Both the position numbers and the translations under genes were made by a program. Positions 7,402-15,157 of a DNA stretch of 24,271 bases are shown here, in pieces. Position 1 is the first letter of the stretch. Every line of letters starts with the position of its first letter. The notes below the pieces were generated by a model. It made no database searches. It was not told the DNA's origin and saw only the letters and a list, made by a program, of their open reading frames with translations. Source of the DNA: a virus (taxonomy: Duplodnaviria; Caudoviricetes); IMG/VR virus record IMGVR_UViG_3300020045_018888, positions 1-24,271 of that record. One strand, written 5' to 3'.

Positions 7402-9635
7402 TATTTTACAATAGCACCCTTCTGCCAGATATCATCCTGAACCTTAAATGTTTTAACTAATGCTGAATAATCAGATGCCAGACCAGTAGCATTATCCCCT
7501 GCTACCACTTCGCCGTTGTCTATTCGTGTTGCTGGAACACCGTTCAAATTAAACGAAATGGTCGCATCCAGATCGTTTGCACCGGTGGCGATGGCAGTTG
7601 TAAACCCATTCTTTATAACTACATTATTTCTGCTTGTTATTCCGGCAGAGGTGTAATCAATTGCTGAAGCTGATATATTTGCAGCCAGGGTAATTACGTT
7701 GTTGATGCAAAGCATAGAATTATCATAGGTAAGACTGTCGTCGTCTACCCTTATTGCTGCACCACCGGAATGGTTTAAAAGCGTATTGTTTGAACAGATT
7801 AAACCCCATGTGCCACGGTTGTAAATTAAGTACTGTGCTGTACCAGTGCAGCGGATTATATTATAACTAACGTGTGCATCCGCAGTTGTATAGTGCCTGC
7901 CTGCGGCCTTAACAACAATACCGTAACCGTTTGGAACGGTTAGGTCATTCCACTTCATTTTATTGTCAATTCCACCACCTATAAATACAGTATGGCAGGT
8001 TCCGGTAGTTAGTGGAGAAGTGTTTACAACAGTATTGCGCAAAAATTCAAGCCCATTTATTGCATTAAACCCTTGCTCACCTGCTGCACCCCCGACAAAC
8101 AGAATGTATGATGAATTTCTATTTCCGCTCACATAGTTATCGTTAACCTTCACGCCTGTTACTGCTGCGTTGTTAGCTGCTTTTACACGAAGTGAAATAG
8201 TATCTATGGCATTTGAGAACGTATTGTTTTTAATCTGCAAATTATTGGTTGCTGTGATGTCAACAAGTCCATACCAGTTTGTGTACCTAATGGATGAAAC
8301 ACTACCGGTAATGGTTCCATTTTGCTTTCCTCCTAAAATGTCACCCGTTCCGTTGCTTGCAAAAACACCTTTCATTCTTGTATTTTGCTGCAAATAAGTA
8401 CCAGCTGGTATTCCTACATAAAAAGGATTTGCAGAAGTGTTAACGAGATAACATCCTGTCATTGTAATGGAATTGAACGCCACAAAGGCATAATGAATAC
8501 CATCACCAGTAGCAGTACTGGCTCCGATTGTATTATTCATTACCAGGTTTTTTGCAGCTACCTGTGTAGTAATGAATTTTCCGGATCCGGCATTGATTAG
8601 TTTGCAGAAATCAAATGTTACATCATTGCTCATGTTAATACCATAAGTGCTTGCACTATTGGTAATTTGCAGCCCCTTGCAGGTAACCGGCCTTGTAAAT
8701 GTTAGCCCAAAAGATGTGGTATGCAATGTAAACTTGCTTAACCCTGTACCAATGAGGCTCACTGCATTACCAGTTAAATTAACCAACGCTGCAGGTGTAT
8801 AATCTCCGGAAAGAAGATATACTACTGTGGCACTTGTGGATTTTATTTTGTCAATCGATCTCCATGGAGCTTCTTTTGTTCCTGAAGGATTAGCATCGCT
8901 ACCGTTACCCTTTAAATATACTGCTCCTGCCTGCTCAACCGGTACGGAAAAATAAGATTGACAGGATGTAAGATCTGCACCTGATTTTGCAGCGCTGTAC
9001 ATTATTACTTCAATTACACATGCACTAATCAATTCAACACCATCCGGATTGCTTACAGCCGGTAAATGCCTCGTAAAAATCTTGTGCTCAAAATCAATAT
9101 CCTGGAAAAGACTTACAACTGGTATTTGGTTTGGAGTTCCAGATGTGTACAGATATGAGTTTATATCCGCCGAAATCAATGCAGCATCACCAGCAGGAGC
9201 GGATATTGTTGCGGCCGACTTATATGGAAACCCTTTCACCCAGTCTGTGTCAAAATCATAACCTGTAATAAGGAATGCCCTGCCATTTCCCGTTTTATCG
9301 GTAAAATAATAGTTTGCTCCAATCTTTTCAACTGATCCATCCAAATAAAACATTGAGCCTGTAGCCGTTGGTATAGCAGACGTGCCTGCTTTACGAAAAA
9401 CCACAGCATGTTGCGCCCAAAACTCCGACTCATTAGTAACATTAGTTGTTCCAAAGGTTATATCCGAAACTGGAACAGCAGCATCAAAATAAATATTACC
9501 CTCAACGTTGTACTTAATATCAACCTTGTTAGTTGTTGAATCATATTCAAACCCGACAGACTTAGCTGCAAGCGTTTTTTTACCAGTACGGACAACCTTG
9601 TATTGCCCTCCTGAATTTGTTATTGTGATACTCAT
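7401..9635 (-). CDS. Fibre/spike-like virion protein with a right-handed beta-helix (pectin-lyase-like) domain
   Basis: 744 aa, Asn/Thr/Gly-rich. The motif VYLKGNGSDANPSGTKEAPWRSI typically opens beta-helix domains and is followed by repeating IxNNxF/V rungs. No signal peptide. Confidence 0.7.
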   Translation of the reverse strand: MSITITNSGGQYKVVRTGKKTLAAKSVGFEYDSTTNKVDIKYNVEGNIYFDAAVPVSDITFGTTNVTNESEFWAQHAVVFRKAGTSAIPTATGSMFYLDGSVEKIGANYYFTDKTGNGRAFLITGYDFDTDWVKGFPYKSAATISAPAGDAALISADINSYLYTSGTPNQIPVVSLFQDIDFEHKIFTRHLPAVSNPDGVELISACVIEVIMYSAAKSGADLTSCQSYFSVPVEQAGAVYLKGNGSDANPSGTKEAPWRSIDKIKSTSATVVYLLSGDYTPAALVNLTGNAVSLIGTGLSKFTLHTTSFGLTFTRPVTCKGLQITNSASTYGINMSNDVTFDFCKLINAGSGKFITTQVAAKNLVMNNTIGASTATGDGIHYAFVAFNSITMTGCYLVNTSANPFYVGIPAGTYLQQNTRMKGVFASNGTGDILGGKQNGTITGSVSSIRYTNWYGLVDITATNNLQIKNNTFSNAIDTISLRVKAANNAAVTGVKVNDNYVSGNRNSSYILFVGGAAGEQGFNAINGLEFLRNTVVNTSPLTTGTCHTVFIGGGIDNKMKWNDLTVPNGYGIVVKAAGRHYTTADAHVSYNIIRCTGTAQYLIYNRGTWGLICSNNTLLNHSGGAAIRVDDDSLTYDNSMLCINNVITLAANISASAIDYTSAGITSRNNVVIKNGFTTAIATGANDLDATISFNLNGVPATRIDNGEVVAGDNATGLASDYSALVKTFKVQDDIWQKGAIVK

Positions 9636-9662
9636 TGTAAAAATTATTTGTGATGAAACCCG

Positions 9663-10019
9663 CTACTGTATTACAGATATTGGCGATGTATCATCGGTTT
9701 CAATGTCGGTATTTACTATTTTGAATAGTACACAGTTGAAAGAAATTGTATTGAATATTAAAGCCTGCTTTGTGAAATTGGATGCAAGCCTTACAGATAG
9801 TTTATAATTCCCGGGAGTAAAGAACCCGGCAGGAAAGGAAGCTTTTTGAATAATTAGCGAACCATCACTTTCAGCAGTAATCTGTCGCTGGTGCACATTT
9901 GAATTGCTTGCTTTATTAATTTGTACATAATAAGCAGTTGTAGCAGCTAATCCAGCCTTTAATGTTATGTCGGAGCACCCGTTAACAATAGCCTCATAAC
10001 ATGCGTTTTCGCAACTCAT
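9663..10019 (-). CDS. Putative small virion protein (beta-rich), first gene after late promoter P1
   Basis: 118-aa ORF whose ATG lies 16 nt after the TAnnTTTG box. Confidence 0.65.
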   Translation of the reverse strand: MSCENACYEAIVNGCSDITLKAGLAATTAYYVQINKASNSNVHQRQITAESDGSLIIQKASFPAGFFTPGNYKLSVRLASNFTKQALIFNTISFNCVLFKIVNTDIETDDTSPISVIQ

Positions 10020-10035
10020 TGATGTATATTTTCAT

Positions 10036-10077
10036 CAAATGTAGTCAATTTGATAAATAAATTATCTGAATGATAAA
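10036..10077 (-). promoter_or_regulatory. Putative late promoter P1: Bacteroidota -7 box with upstream TTATC/GATAA array
   Basis: Minus strand TTTATCAttcaGATAAtttatTTATCAAattGACTAcaTTTG. TAcaTTTG fits TAnnTTTG, and the site aligns gaplessly with 13643-13684. Confidence 0.8.
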
Positions 10078-10085
10078 AAAAAGTG

Positions 10086-10295
10086 CTATTGAGCCTTACA
10101 GATGGCGTCCGAGTTATTGAAGCAATACGAAATGAATTCAGCATGCTGGAGCGCTTCTTCTTTCAGTGCCGGTACATCTTTAACGTAAGGAACAATGGCA
10201 ACCTTATACTTTTTGCCGGGTGTAGTGCCAATGATATTAAAGGCAGACTTGCTGTCTGAGTGCAACACCTTCGTTTTGGTTTTTGGATTCTTCAT
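10086..10295 (-). CDS. Hypothetical protein
   Basis: 69-aa ORF with an ATG start in the operon orientation. Confidence 0.65.
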   Translation of the reverse strand: MKNPKTKTKVLHSDSKSAFNIIGTTPGKKYKVAIVPYVKDVPALKEEALQHAEFISYCFNNSDAICKAQ

Positions 10296-10318
10296 TTTGG
10301 TATGATGTTTAATTGTTG

Positions 10319-10564
10319 TTATTTACAGGTTCTCCCACACTGACAAATCCATTGATCTTTAACCTTTACGTACCGATGTTTCCCTTTGCAAACAAATGAC
10401 CCTTGATTCAATAGGTTGGGGTAATGGTTATGAATAATTATCGGGTTGGATTCTCTTAATGTTGACTTATTTTGAGATTCCTTTTTAGAAAATTCAATCA
10501 TTTGTGTTGCGTGCGAAGTAGCAATAAGCCCACTTCCAATGCTACCAATAATTCCTATTTTCAT
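10319..10564 (-). CDS. Hypothetical protein with a C-terminal Cys/His cluster
   Basis: 81 aa, ends CKGKH...WICQCGRTCK; AT-rich start context. Confidence 0.6.
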   Translation of the reverse strand: MKIGIIGSIGSGLIATSHATQMIEFSKKESQNKSTLRESNPIIIHNHYPNLLNQGSFVCKGKHRYVKVKDQWICQCGRTCK

Positions 10565-10627
10565 AAAAAATATTTAAAGTTTAAAAGATAACTATTGTTC
10601 ATTACTCATAATCCACGGGTAATGCAT

Positions 10628-11206
10628 CTACCGGCCAACAATATCCGAGAATCCACCCCGCTGCCATGCCAATGGAGGATTGGTGATGTAGAAATTATAT
10701 TCCTTCTGCCATGCTGCATACAGGCAATCCACTGGCTCATTCAGGTTTTTGAAATTATCAATCACCAGATCGTAAATCGTATTGCGGATGATGTACGCAT
10801 GGGTAGTGAGTGTTTTGCTTACGCGGTAAATGCTATCAGTAACAGGCGTCGGCTTTTCCCGATGGCTGCCACCTAAATAAAGCATATCCCAATTTTCAGG
10901 CAGATCACTCATGCAATTAAGCAGCATCGGAATAAAATCATGATGCAGGCAAACGTCATCCTCAAATATCATCACCGCATCCAATCCAAGCAATTTAGCC
11001 CGTTCAACAATGAAGTAATGGGATAGCGTACAGCCGTTATTGGCATTGTCGGAAGGATAAGTCGCTTTAAAATCATTGGCATCAATGGCAGGAAACCTTT
11101 CCACATTTAGCCGGTGTTTATCAAACTCTTTAGCTGCAAAATGCCACCTGTCCGGCCTTCTATCCAGGTTAATGCAGTATATTTTATCTGGTATATTCAT
11201 AATCAA
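10628..11206 (-). CDS. Glycosyltransferase family 25 protein
   Basis: IYCINLDRRPDRW, RFPAID, GCTLSH, IFEDD, WDMLYLGG, THAY and GFSDI motifs; 4-bp overlap with the terL stop. Confidence 0.88.
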   Translation of the reverse strand: MIMNIPDKIYCINLDRRPDRWHFAAKEFDKHRLNVERFPAIDANDFKATYPSDNANNGCTLSHYFIVERAKLLGLDAVMIFEDDVCLHHDFIPMLLNCMSDLPENWDMLYLGGSHREKPTPVTDSIYRVSKTLTTHAYIIRNTIYDLVIDNFKNLNEPVDCLYAAWQKEYNFYITNPPLAWQRGGFSDIVGR

Positions 11207-12564
11207 TTCAGTTTTTTAACGAACCATGCAAAAAATGTATTGAAGAAATAACGCACCGTATCCAGTACATCGGCCTGCTGAGCCGGATCATTACGGTTAT
11301 CTTTTACGATCGTACCATCTGCACGCTTTTTCACCTTCTCTGCATCGTAAATAAATGGCTTAGCCTTCACCGGGCAAACAAGTACTTTGTAACTGAAGAA
11401 GATGGAATTTACCAGCGTCTGGTTTTTTGCCAATGGCGGGTTAGGGAAGATCTTTATCTGTCCATCATTTAGGTTCAATGCTTTTTTAATGATGGTGTAG
11501 TTTGTTACGTGCTCTTTAAATAATGAGCTGACTGTATCGCCTGAGTAGTCACCGGTAACCATATACAGAAAGCCCGGGTAACGCTGCAATATGATCTCAC
11601 ATATACCTTCCGTTCCTACGTTGGGTATTTTTATCACATCAATGATGTACACCTCCTTCTTAATTTCATCCCACTGAATAACAGTGCAGGCCTGTGGATT
11701 ACGGTTGAAGTCAAATGACAGGTAAAGCACCTGTGAACGAACAGCGAACAGCTCCACCGGTGAGATATGCTTTTCCCGATCGAAGGCAAATAACCATGGA
11801 CAGTCGTTCTCCTGATTACCCCAAAGGCCGAGAGTAAATACCTGGTACCAATGGTAATTCATGACCTTCAATGCCTCATGGAATGCAATACGCTGAGGTG
11901 AACAATATGGGTTATCATGGTAGGTAGTATGGGTGGAACGGTACTTTAACACAACCGGATCACCACCAGGTATATCAATCTTCAGTTCTGATGTAAAGCT
12001 TAGCTCATTTGGATAATGCTTTGCGAAGAAGGTTTTGAATAACCAGTGATCATTAAAGTCAGCGCAATCAGCCTCCGGATTGAAGGAAAGATAAAGCTTC
12101 ACTTTACCGTATTTATTACGCAGTGATGTAAGGATGGTGATAAATGCAATTTCACTAAGCTGGTTGGCCTCTTCTATCCATACATGAGACGGATTGGTAA
12201 TTGATCTCAGCTTCTTTGGCTTGTCAGTACCACGGGCAATGAAGCGGTTTTTGTTTACACAGCGAATTTCAAGCGGGTTGCGTACAAAATTAAATAGCTT
12301 CTCTAATCCCCAATCTTCAACGATCTCCTCTATCATTGCTACCTGGCTATCGAGAATGGCGCCATGGGTTTCCTTTACCAGAATACAACGGTAATAATCC
12401 AGAGAGAGGCATTCTTCTGTAGTAAGTTGTCCGAGGAAATGAGATTTACCGCTATCCCTTCCACCCCAAATCAGTTCAATATCAATATCCGGGCTATCGA
12501 GTAGATGCTGGTAGCAAGACAGGTACACATCCTTGTCGATTTCTATTTCTACTTCTTCGAGCAT
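11203..12564 (-). CDS. terL: Terminase large subunit (PBSX/SPP1-like)
   Basis: Walker A GGRDSGKS, Walker B VWIEEA, coupling motif SFNP, nuclease SFDFN and C-terminal DVLDTVRY. Confidence 0.93.
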   Translation of the reverse strand: MLEEVEIEIDKDVYLSCYQHLLDSPDIDIELIWGGRDSGKSHFLGQLTTEECLSLDYYRCILVKETHGAILDSQVAMIEEIVEDWGLEKLFNFVRNPLEIRCVNKNRFIARGTDKPKKLRSITNPSHVWIEEANQLSEIAFITILTSLRNKYGKVKLYLSFNPEADCADFNDHWLFKTFFAKHYPNELSFTSELKIDIPGGDPVVLKYRSTHTTYHDNPYCSPQRIAFHEALKVMNYHWYQVFTLGLWGNQENDCPWLFAFDREKHISPVELFAVRSQVLYLSFDFNRNPQACTVIQWDEIKKEVYIIDVIKIPNVGTEGICEIILQRYPGFLYMVTGDYSGDTVSSLFKEHVTNYTIIKKALNLNDGQIKIFPNPPLAKNQTLVNSIFFSYKVLVCPVKAKPFIYDAEKVKKRADGTIVKDNRNDPAQQADVLDTVRYFFNTFFAWFVKKLN

Positions 12565-12816
12565 TTAGGCTGGCTCATAAGTTTTCTCGAAGATATCTGG
12601 CTTGCAAGGGTAAAATTCACCATTCACACCTTTGATAATATAATCACCTTTACTGGCAAGCATATCACCTTCGAGTGTTGGTATTTTAAACGTTTCGGTT
12701 CCTGCCTCTCCTGGAATTGTAGGGCATCCCATTGCAAGAATTTCATTGTACGATTCATTTGATACCTTCCATTGAACAGCCTCAATAACAACTGGCTTTT
12801 TTCTGAATTTTGGCAT
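12565..12816 (-). CDS. Widespread small phage protein (KKPVVIEA...GDYIIKG...PCKPDIF family, PGDYG-like), function unknown
   Basis: Recognisable motif set; its stop abuts the terL ATG. Confidence 0.8.
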   Translation of the reverse strand: MPKFRKKPVVIEAVQWKVSNESYNEILAMGCPTIPGEAGTETFKIPTLEGDMLASKGDYIIKGVNGEFYPCKPDIFEKTYEPA

Positions 12817-12863
12817 AACATTTAAATTTATATGAAGTAATTATTTACGATTGAAACCAGCGA

Positions 12864-13121
12864 TCATTTGCTAGTTTCAACGTTAGTTAGTAAATTAAAA
12901 AGTCCGGCATTTTTATCAAACCAATAAAATATTTGCATGGCTAAAGGAGGATAGCCACCATTCGTTTCCTTTACTCCCGAATACCATTCAATAAACGATT
13001 GCCGCAAATCTTCAACATTTGATTGCGCCCTTACTTCTATTATTTCATTTTTTGCATTTTCAAACGCACCGCAATAGCAGCATTGTTTATAACTTACAAA
13101 TTCATGCTTACAGTTATCCAT
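12864..13121 (-). CDS. Hypothetical protein with an N-terminal Cys/His cluster
   Basis: 85 aa, CKHEF...CCYCG; starts 10 nt after the terS stop. Confidence 0.65.
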   Translation of the reverse strand: MDNCKHEFVSYKQCCYCGAFENAKNEIIEVRAQSNVEDLRQSFIEWYSGVKETNGGYPPLAMQIFYWFDKNAGLFNLLTNVETSK

Positions 13122-13131
13122 GATACTGTTT

Positions 13132-13638
13132 TTATTTACGTGAAACTTTAATTACAACTTTCTTCTGATTATTGTCCTTCTCAAATATTCCGATGTGACG
13201 GCCAAGGTCGACGAGGGCAGCCCGTTTATCTGCCAGCTTCAATTCAGTGGTAAATTCAACCGTTGTAGTTTTATCATCTCCCTTACCAAAAGACGTAGTG
13301 CTTTTTTTGGTTTTTATCCCAACAACCGGTTTTGTGACATCTGGTTTCATTTTTGACAGGTCACGAATCTCATTTTCTTTCAGGGTGAATTCTTTGATAT
13401 TCCAGAAGCCAAGCGCTCTTAATTCCTGAATAATATCATCAGCTTTTAGCTCATTTCTTAGTTTGATTTCTTCCTGTAATTCCTGAACACGAGCCTTTAC
13501 GTTCACATTAGTTAATAAACCGCTCGCCTGCTCCTTAGCAGTCTTTTTACTGTAACCCGCTCTGGTGGCTGCTTTGGCTCCATTCAGCAGGACAACATAC
13601 TCCTGACAAAAGCGCTCTTGACGTGGTGTTAATGCCAT
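13132..13638 (-). CDS. terS: Terminase small subunit
   Basis: LTPRQERFCQEY..NGAKAATRAGYSKKTAKEQASGLL HTH signature and KLADKRAALVDLGRHIGIF C-terminal motif. Confidence 0.93.
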   Translation of the reverse strand: MALTPRQERFCQEYVVLLNGAKAATRAGYSKKTAKEQASGLLTNVNVKARVQELQEEIKLRNELKADDIIQELRALGFWNIKEFTLKENEIRDLSKMKPDVTKPVVGIKTKKSTTSFGKGDDKTTTVEFTTELKLADKRAALVDLGRHIGIFEKDNNQKKVVIKVSRK

Positions 13639-13642
13639 ATTA

Positions 13643-13684
13643 CAAAGATAGTCTTATTGATAATTCCTTTATCATGATGATAAA
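13643..13684 (-). promoter_or_regulatory. Putative late promoter P2 upstream of terS
   Basis: Minus strand TTTATCAtcatGATAAaggaaTTATCAAtaaGACTAtcTTTG. TAtcTTTG fits TAnnTTTG; 30/42 identical to P1 without gaps. Confidence 0.8.
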
Positions 13685-13696
13685 TTACAGATTTTT

Positions 13697-13732
13697 CCTG
13701 ATTTTTTGCCAAAAACCCGGTAGAAAATCAGG
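13697..13732. repeat. 14-bp imperfect inverted repeat between the terminator and P2
   Basis: CCTGATTTTTTGCC (13697-13710) / GGTAGAAAATCAGG (13719-13732), 12/14 complementary, 8-nt loop. Confidence 0.7.
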
Positions 13733-13750
13733 TATTTAATTACAAACACG

Positions 13751-13774
13751 AAAAAACCCGTTGAAAAAACGGGT
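13751..13774 (-). terminator. Intrinsic terminator ending the early/middle operon
   Basis: Minus strand ACCCGTT-ttttc-AACGGGT followed by TTTTT, 20 nt after the stop at 13795. Confidence 0.7.
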
Positions 13775-13794
13775 GAAATGCGGGGCTTTTAATC

Positions 13795-14142
13795 CTATCC
13801 CATAAATTCATTACCACAAAAAGCGCATAAATCGGGTTCGCCAGGATCTCTCTGCAGTTCTTCGCAGGTGCAAATTTTGGTTTCACAACATGAGCAAGGA
13901 TGAGAAACGCAATTACATCTATTGTTGCAATTTGGGCATTCGTGAAAAAGCATATCGCTATCATCTTTCAATTCATTCCATTCACTTTCCATGATGATAT
14001 GCTTACAATTGGTGCAATGATGAACATAAATAGGCCATGGCCATGCACCTTCAACTATTGCGTCTTGAACTGAATCACATTCAGGACAAACTATTTTAAC
14101 TGGTTTGGTCCAGTTTTCCGGGTCTTGCTGTTCGGTGTTCAT
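13795..14142 (-). CDS. Cys-rich putative multi-Zn-binding protein
   Basis: 115 aa with 15 Cys in CxxC, CxC and CC groups; ATGA overlap with the upstream gene. Confidence 0.7.
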   Translation of the reverse strand: MNTEQQDPENWTKPVKIVCPECDSVQDAIVEGAWPWPIYVHHCTNCKHIIMESEWNELKDDSDMLFHECPNCNNRCNCVSHPCSCCETKICTCEELQRDPGEPDLCAFCGNEFMG

Positions 14143-14495
14143 TCGTTTATTTTATTGGTTTTGATAAATTTTATTTCGGTTAGTTTTTCAATTGGGGTTT
14201 TGTCATTGTCAAGCAATCTATCCTGCACCAGGTGAGATGCGTATATCTTGGTGAGATGCTTGTAAAATTTATTATGCTTTCCGCATAACCAAAAAGTGTT
14301 ATCCAATCTTGCCCATGCCCCTTTTTTTGTTGGATGATAGAAATATGGACTGATTCCGTAATCCCGAATCTTTGTACCACAGGTGCAACCTTTTGCCTGA
14401 CATTGCCATTTTTTCAGGTCATAATCCACCTTGTCCAGTTCTTCACGAGACATTTTTAAAAGCTCCATCTGTGCTTCCCATTCTTCCCTGTCCAT
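14139..14495 (-). CDS. Hypothetical protein, possible treble-clef Zn finger
   Basis: CQAKGCTC...WLCGKH; TAATG-coupled start. Confidence 0.7.
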   Translation of the reverse strand: MDREEWEAQMELLKMSREELDKVDYDLKKWQCQAKGCTCGTKIRDYGISPYFYHPTKKGAWARLDNTFWLCGKHNKFYKHLTKIYASHLVQDRLLDNDKTPIEKLTEIKFIKTNKINE

Positions 14496-14695
14496 TACTT
14501 TGAATTATAACCTGCTGTAAAGCACAAGAATATTACATTGTCAATGTAGGGTTGATTCATCTTTTTATTCTTAAGAAAATCAACCATTTCTTTATACTGT
14601 ATTGTTTCCTTATAGTAATCCCACGCTTTACTAAAATGGGTAACTAATTTATTTTTTACCATGTTTTTTGATTTAATAATTAAGGGTAATTCCAC
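14495..14695 (-). CDS. Hypothetical protein (start uncertain, possibly MVKNK)
   Basis: Short ORF whose stop overlaps the next ATG. Confidence 0.5.
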   Translation of the reverse strand: MELPLIIKSKNMVKNKLVTHFSKAWDYYKETIQYKEMVDFLKNKKMNQPYIDNVIFLCFTAGYNSK

Positions 14696-14760
14696 CTTTT
14701 TTGATGATTTTCAGCTTGAACAGTTTTAAAAAGTTGAGGTGTTTTTACCTTTTTTTCACC

Positions 14761-14797
14761 TCAAAACCCCGGCTCATTTACGAGACCGAGGTTTTGA
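14761..14797 (-). terminator. Hairpin, probable intrinsic terminator after the secreted-peptide gene
   Basis: Minus strand TCAAAACCTCGGTCTC-gtaaat-GAGCCGGGGTTTTGA, 15 nt after the stop at 14813. Confidence 0.65.
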
Positions 14798-14812
14798 TTT
14801 AGTAATAGCATA

Positions 14813-15043
14813 TTAATTGTTGTTGCCATTATACCCGCAATACCTTGCACCAAGAGTCCTGTAAACTGTTATCTGGTTAAAAGCATCCATTGAGTAATGG
14901 TCGCAGTATGTTTGCAAACAACCATCTCTAACATAATCGCCATAAACTTCCCATGAAGGCTTTAAAGCTGATGCAGAAATTGGTAGTGCCATTGTTGCCA
15001 AAATAGCCAGCGACACAAAGAAAATTGATATCCTTTTTTTCAT
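14813..15043 (-). CDS. Small secreted protein (signal peptide plus ~50-aa mature part with 3 Cys)
   Basis: MKKR, hydrophobic core ISIFFVSLAILATMAL, then PISASA with an A-x-A cleavage site. Confidence 0.75.
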   Translation of the reverse strand: MKKRISIFFVSLAILATMALPISASALKPSWEVYGDYVRDGCLQTYCDHYSMDAFNQITVYRTLGARYCGYNGNNN

Positions 15044-15104
15044 ACTTTTTTATTAACCGATAAGCCGGTTCCTGCTTTAGGTTTAATTTTCAAATTCAAA
15101 TGAA

Positions 15105-15149
15105 GGGTATAAGCAGTACCGGCTTTTATTGCCAGTAGTGCTTATACCC
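15105..15149. repeat. 19-bp inverted repeat (long hairpin)
   Basis: GGGTATAAGCAGTACCGGC-ttttatt-GCCAGTAGTGCTTATACCC, 17/19 complementary. Confidence 0.9.
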
Positions 15150-15157
15150 GAGATCAT

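Noticed and set aside
9636-9665. In-frame TAG readthrough fusing the 118-aa ORF to the 744-aa ORF across 9 open codons
   Set aside because: This is easily chance, and the downstream ATG has its own AT-rich initiation context. There is no other support.
10036-10077. GATAA/TTATC array as a Fur box
   Set aside because: The spacing (GATAA-N5-TTATC, 10-bp period) does not match the GATAAT hexamer or 7-1-7 Fur arrangement.
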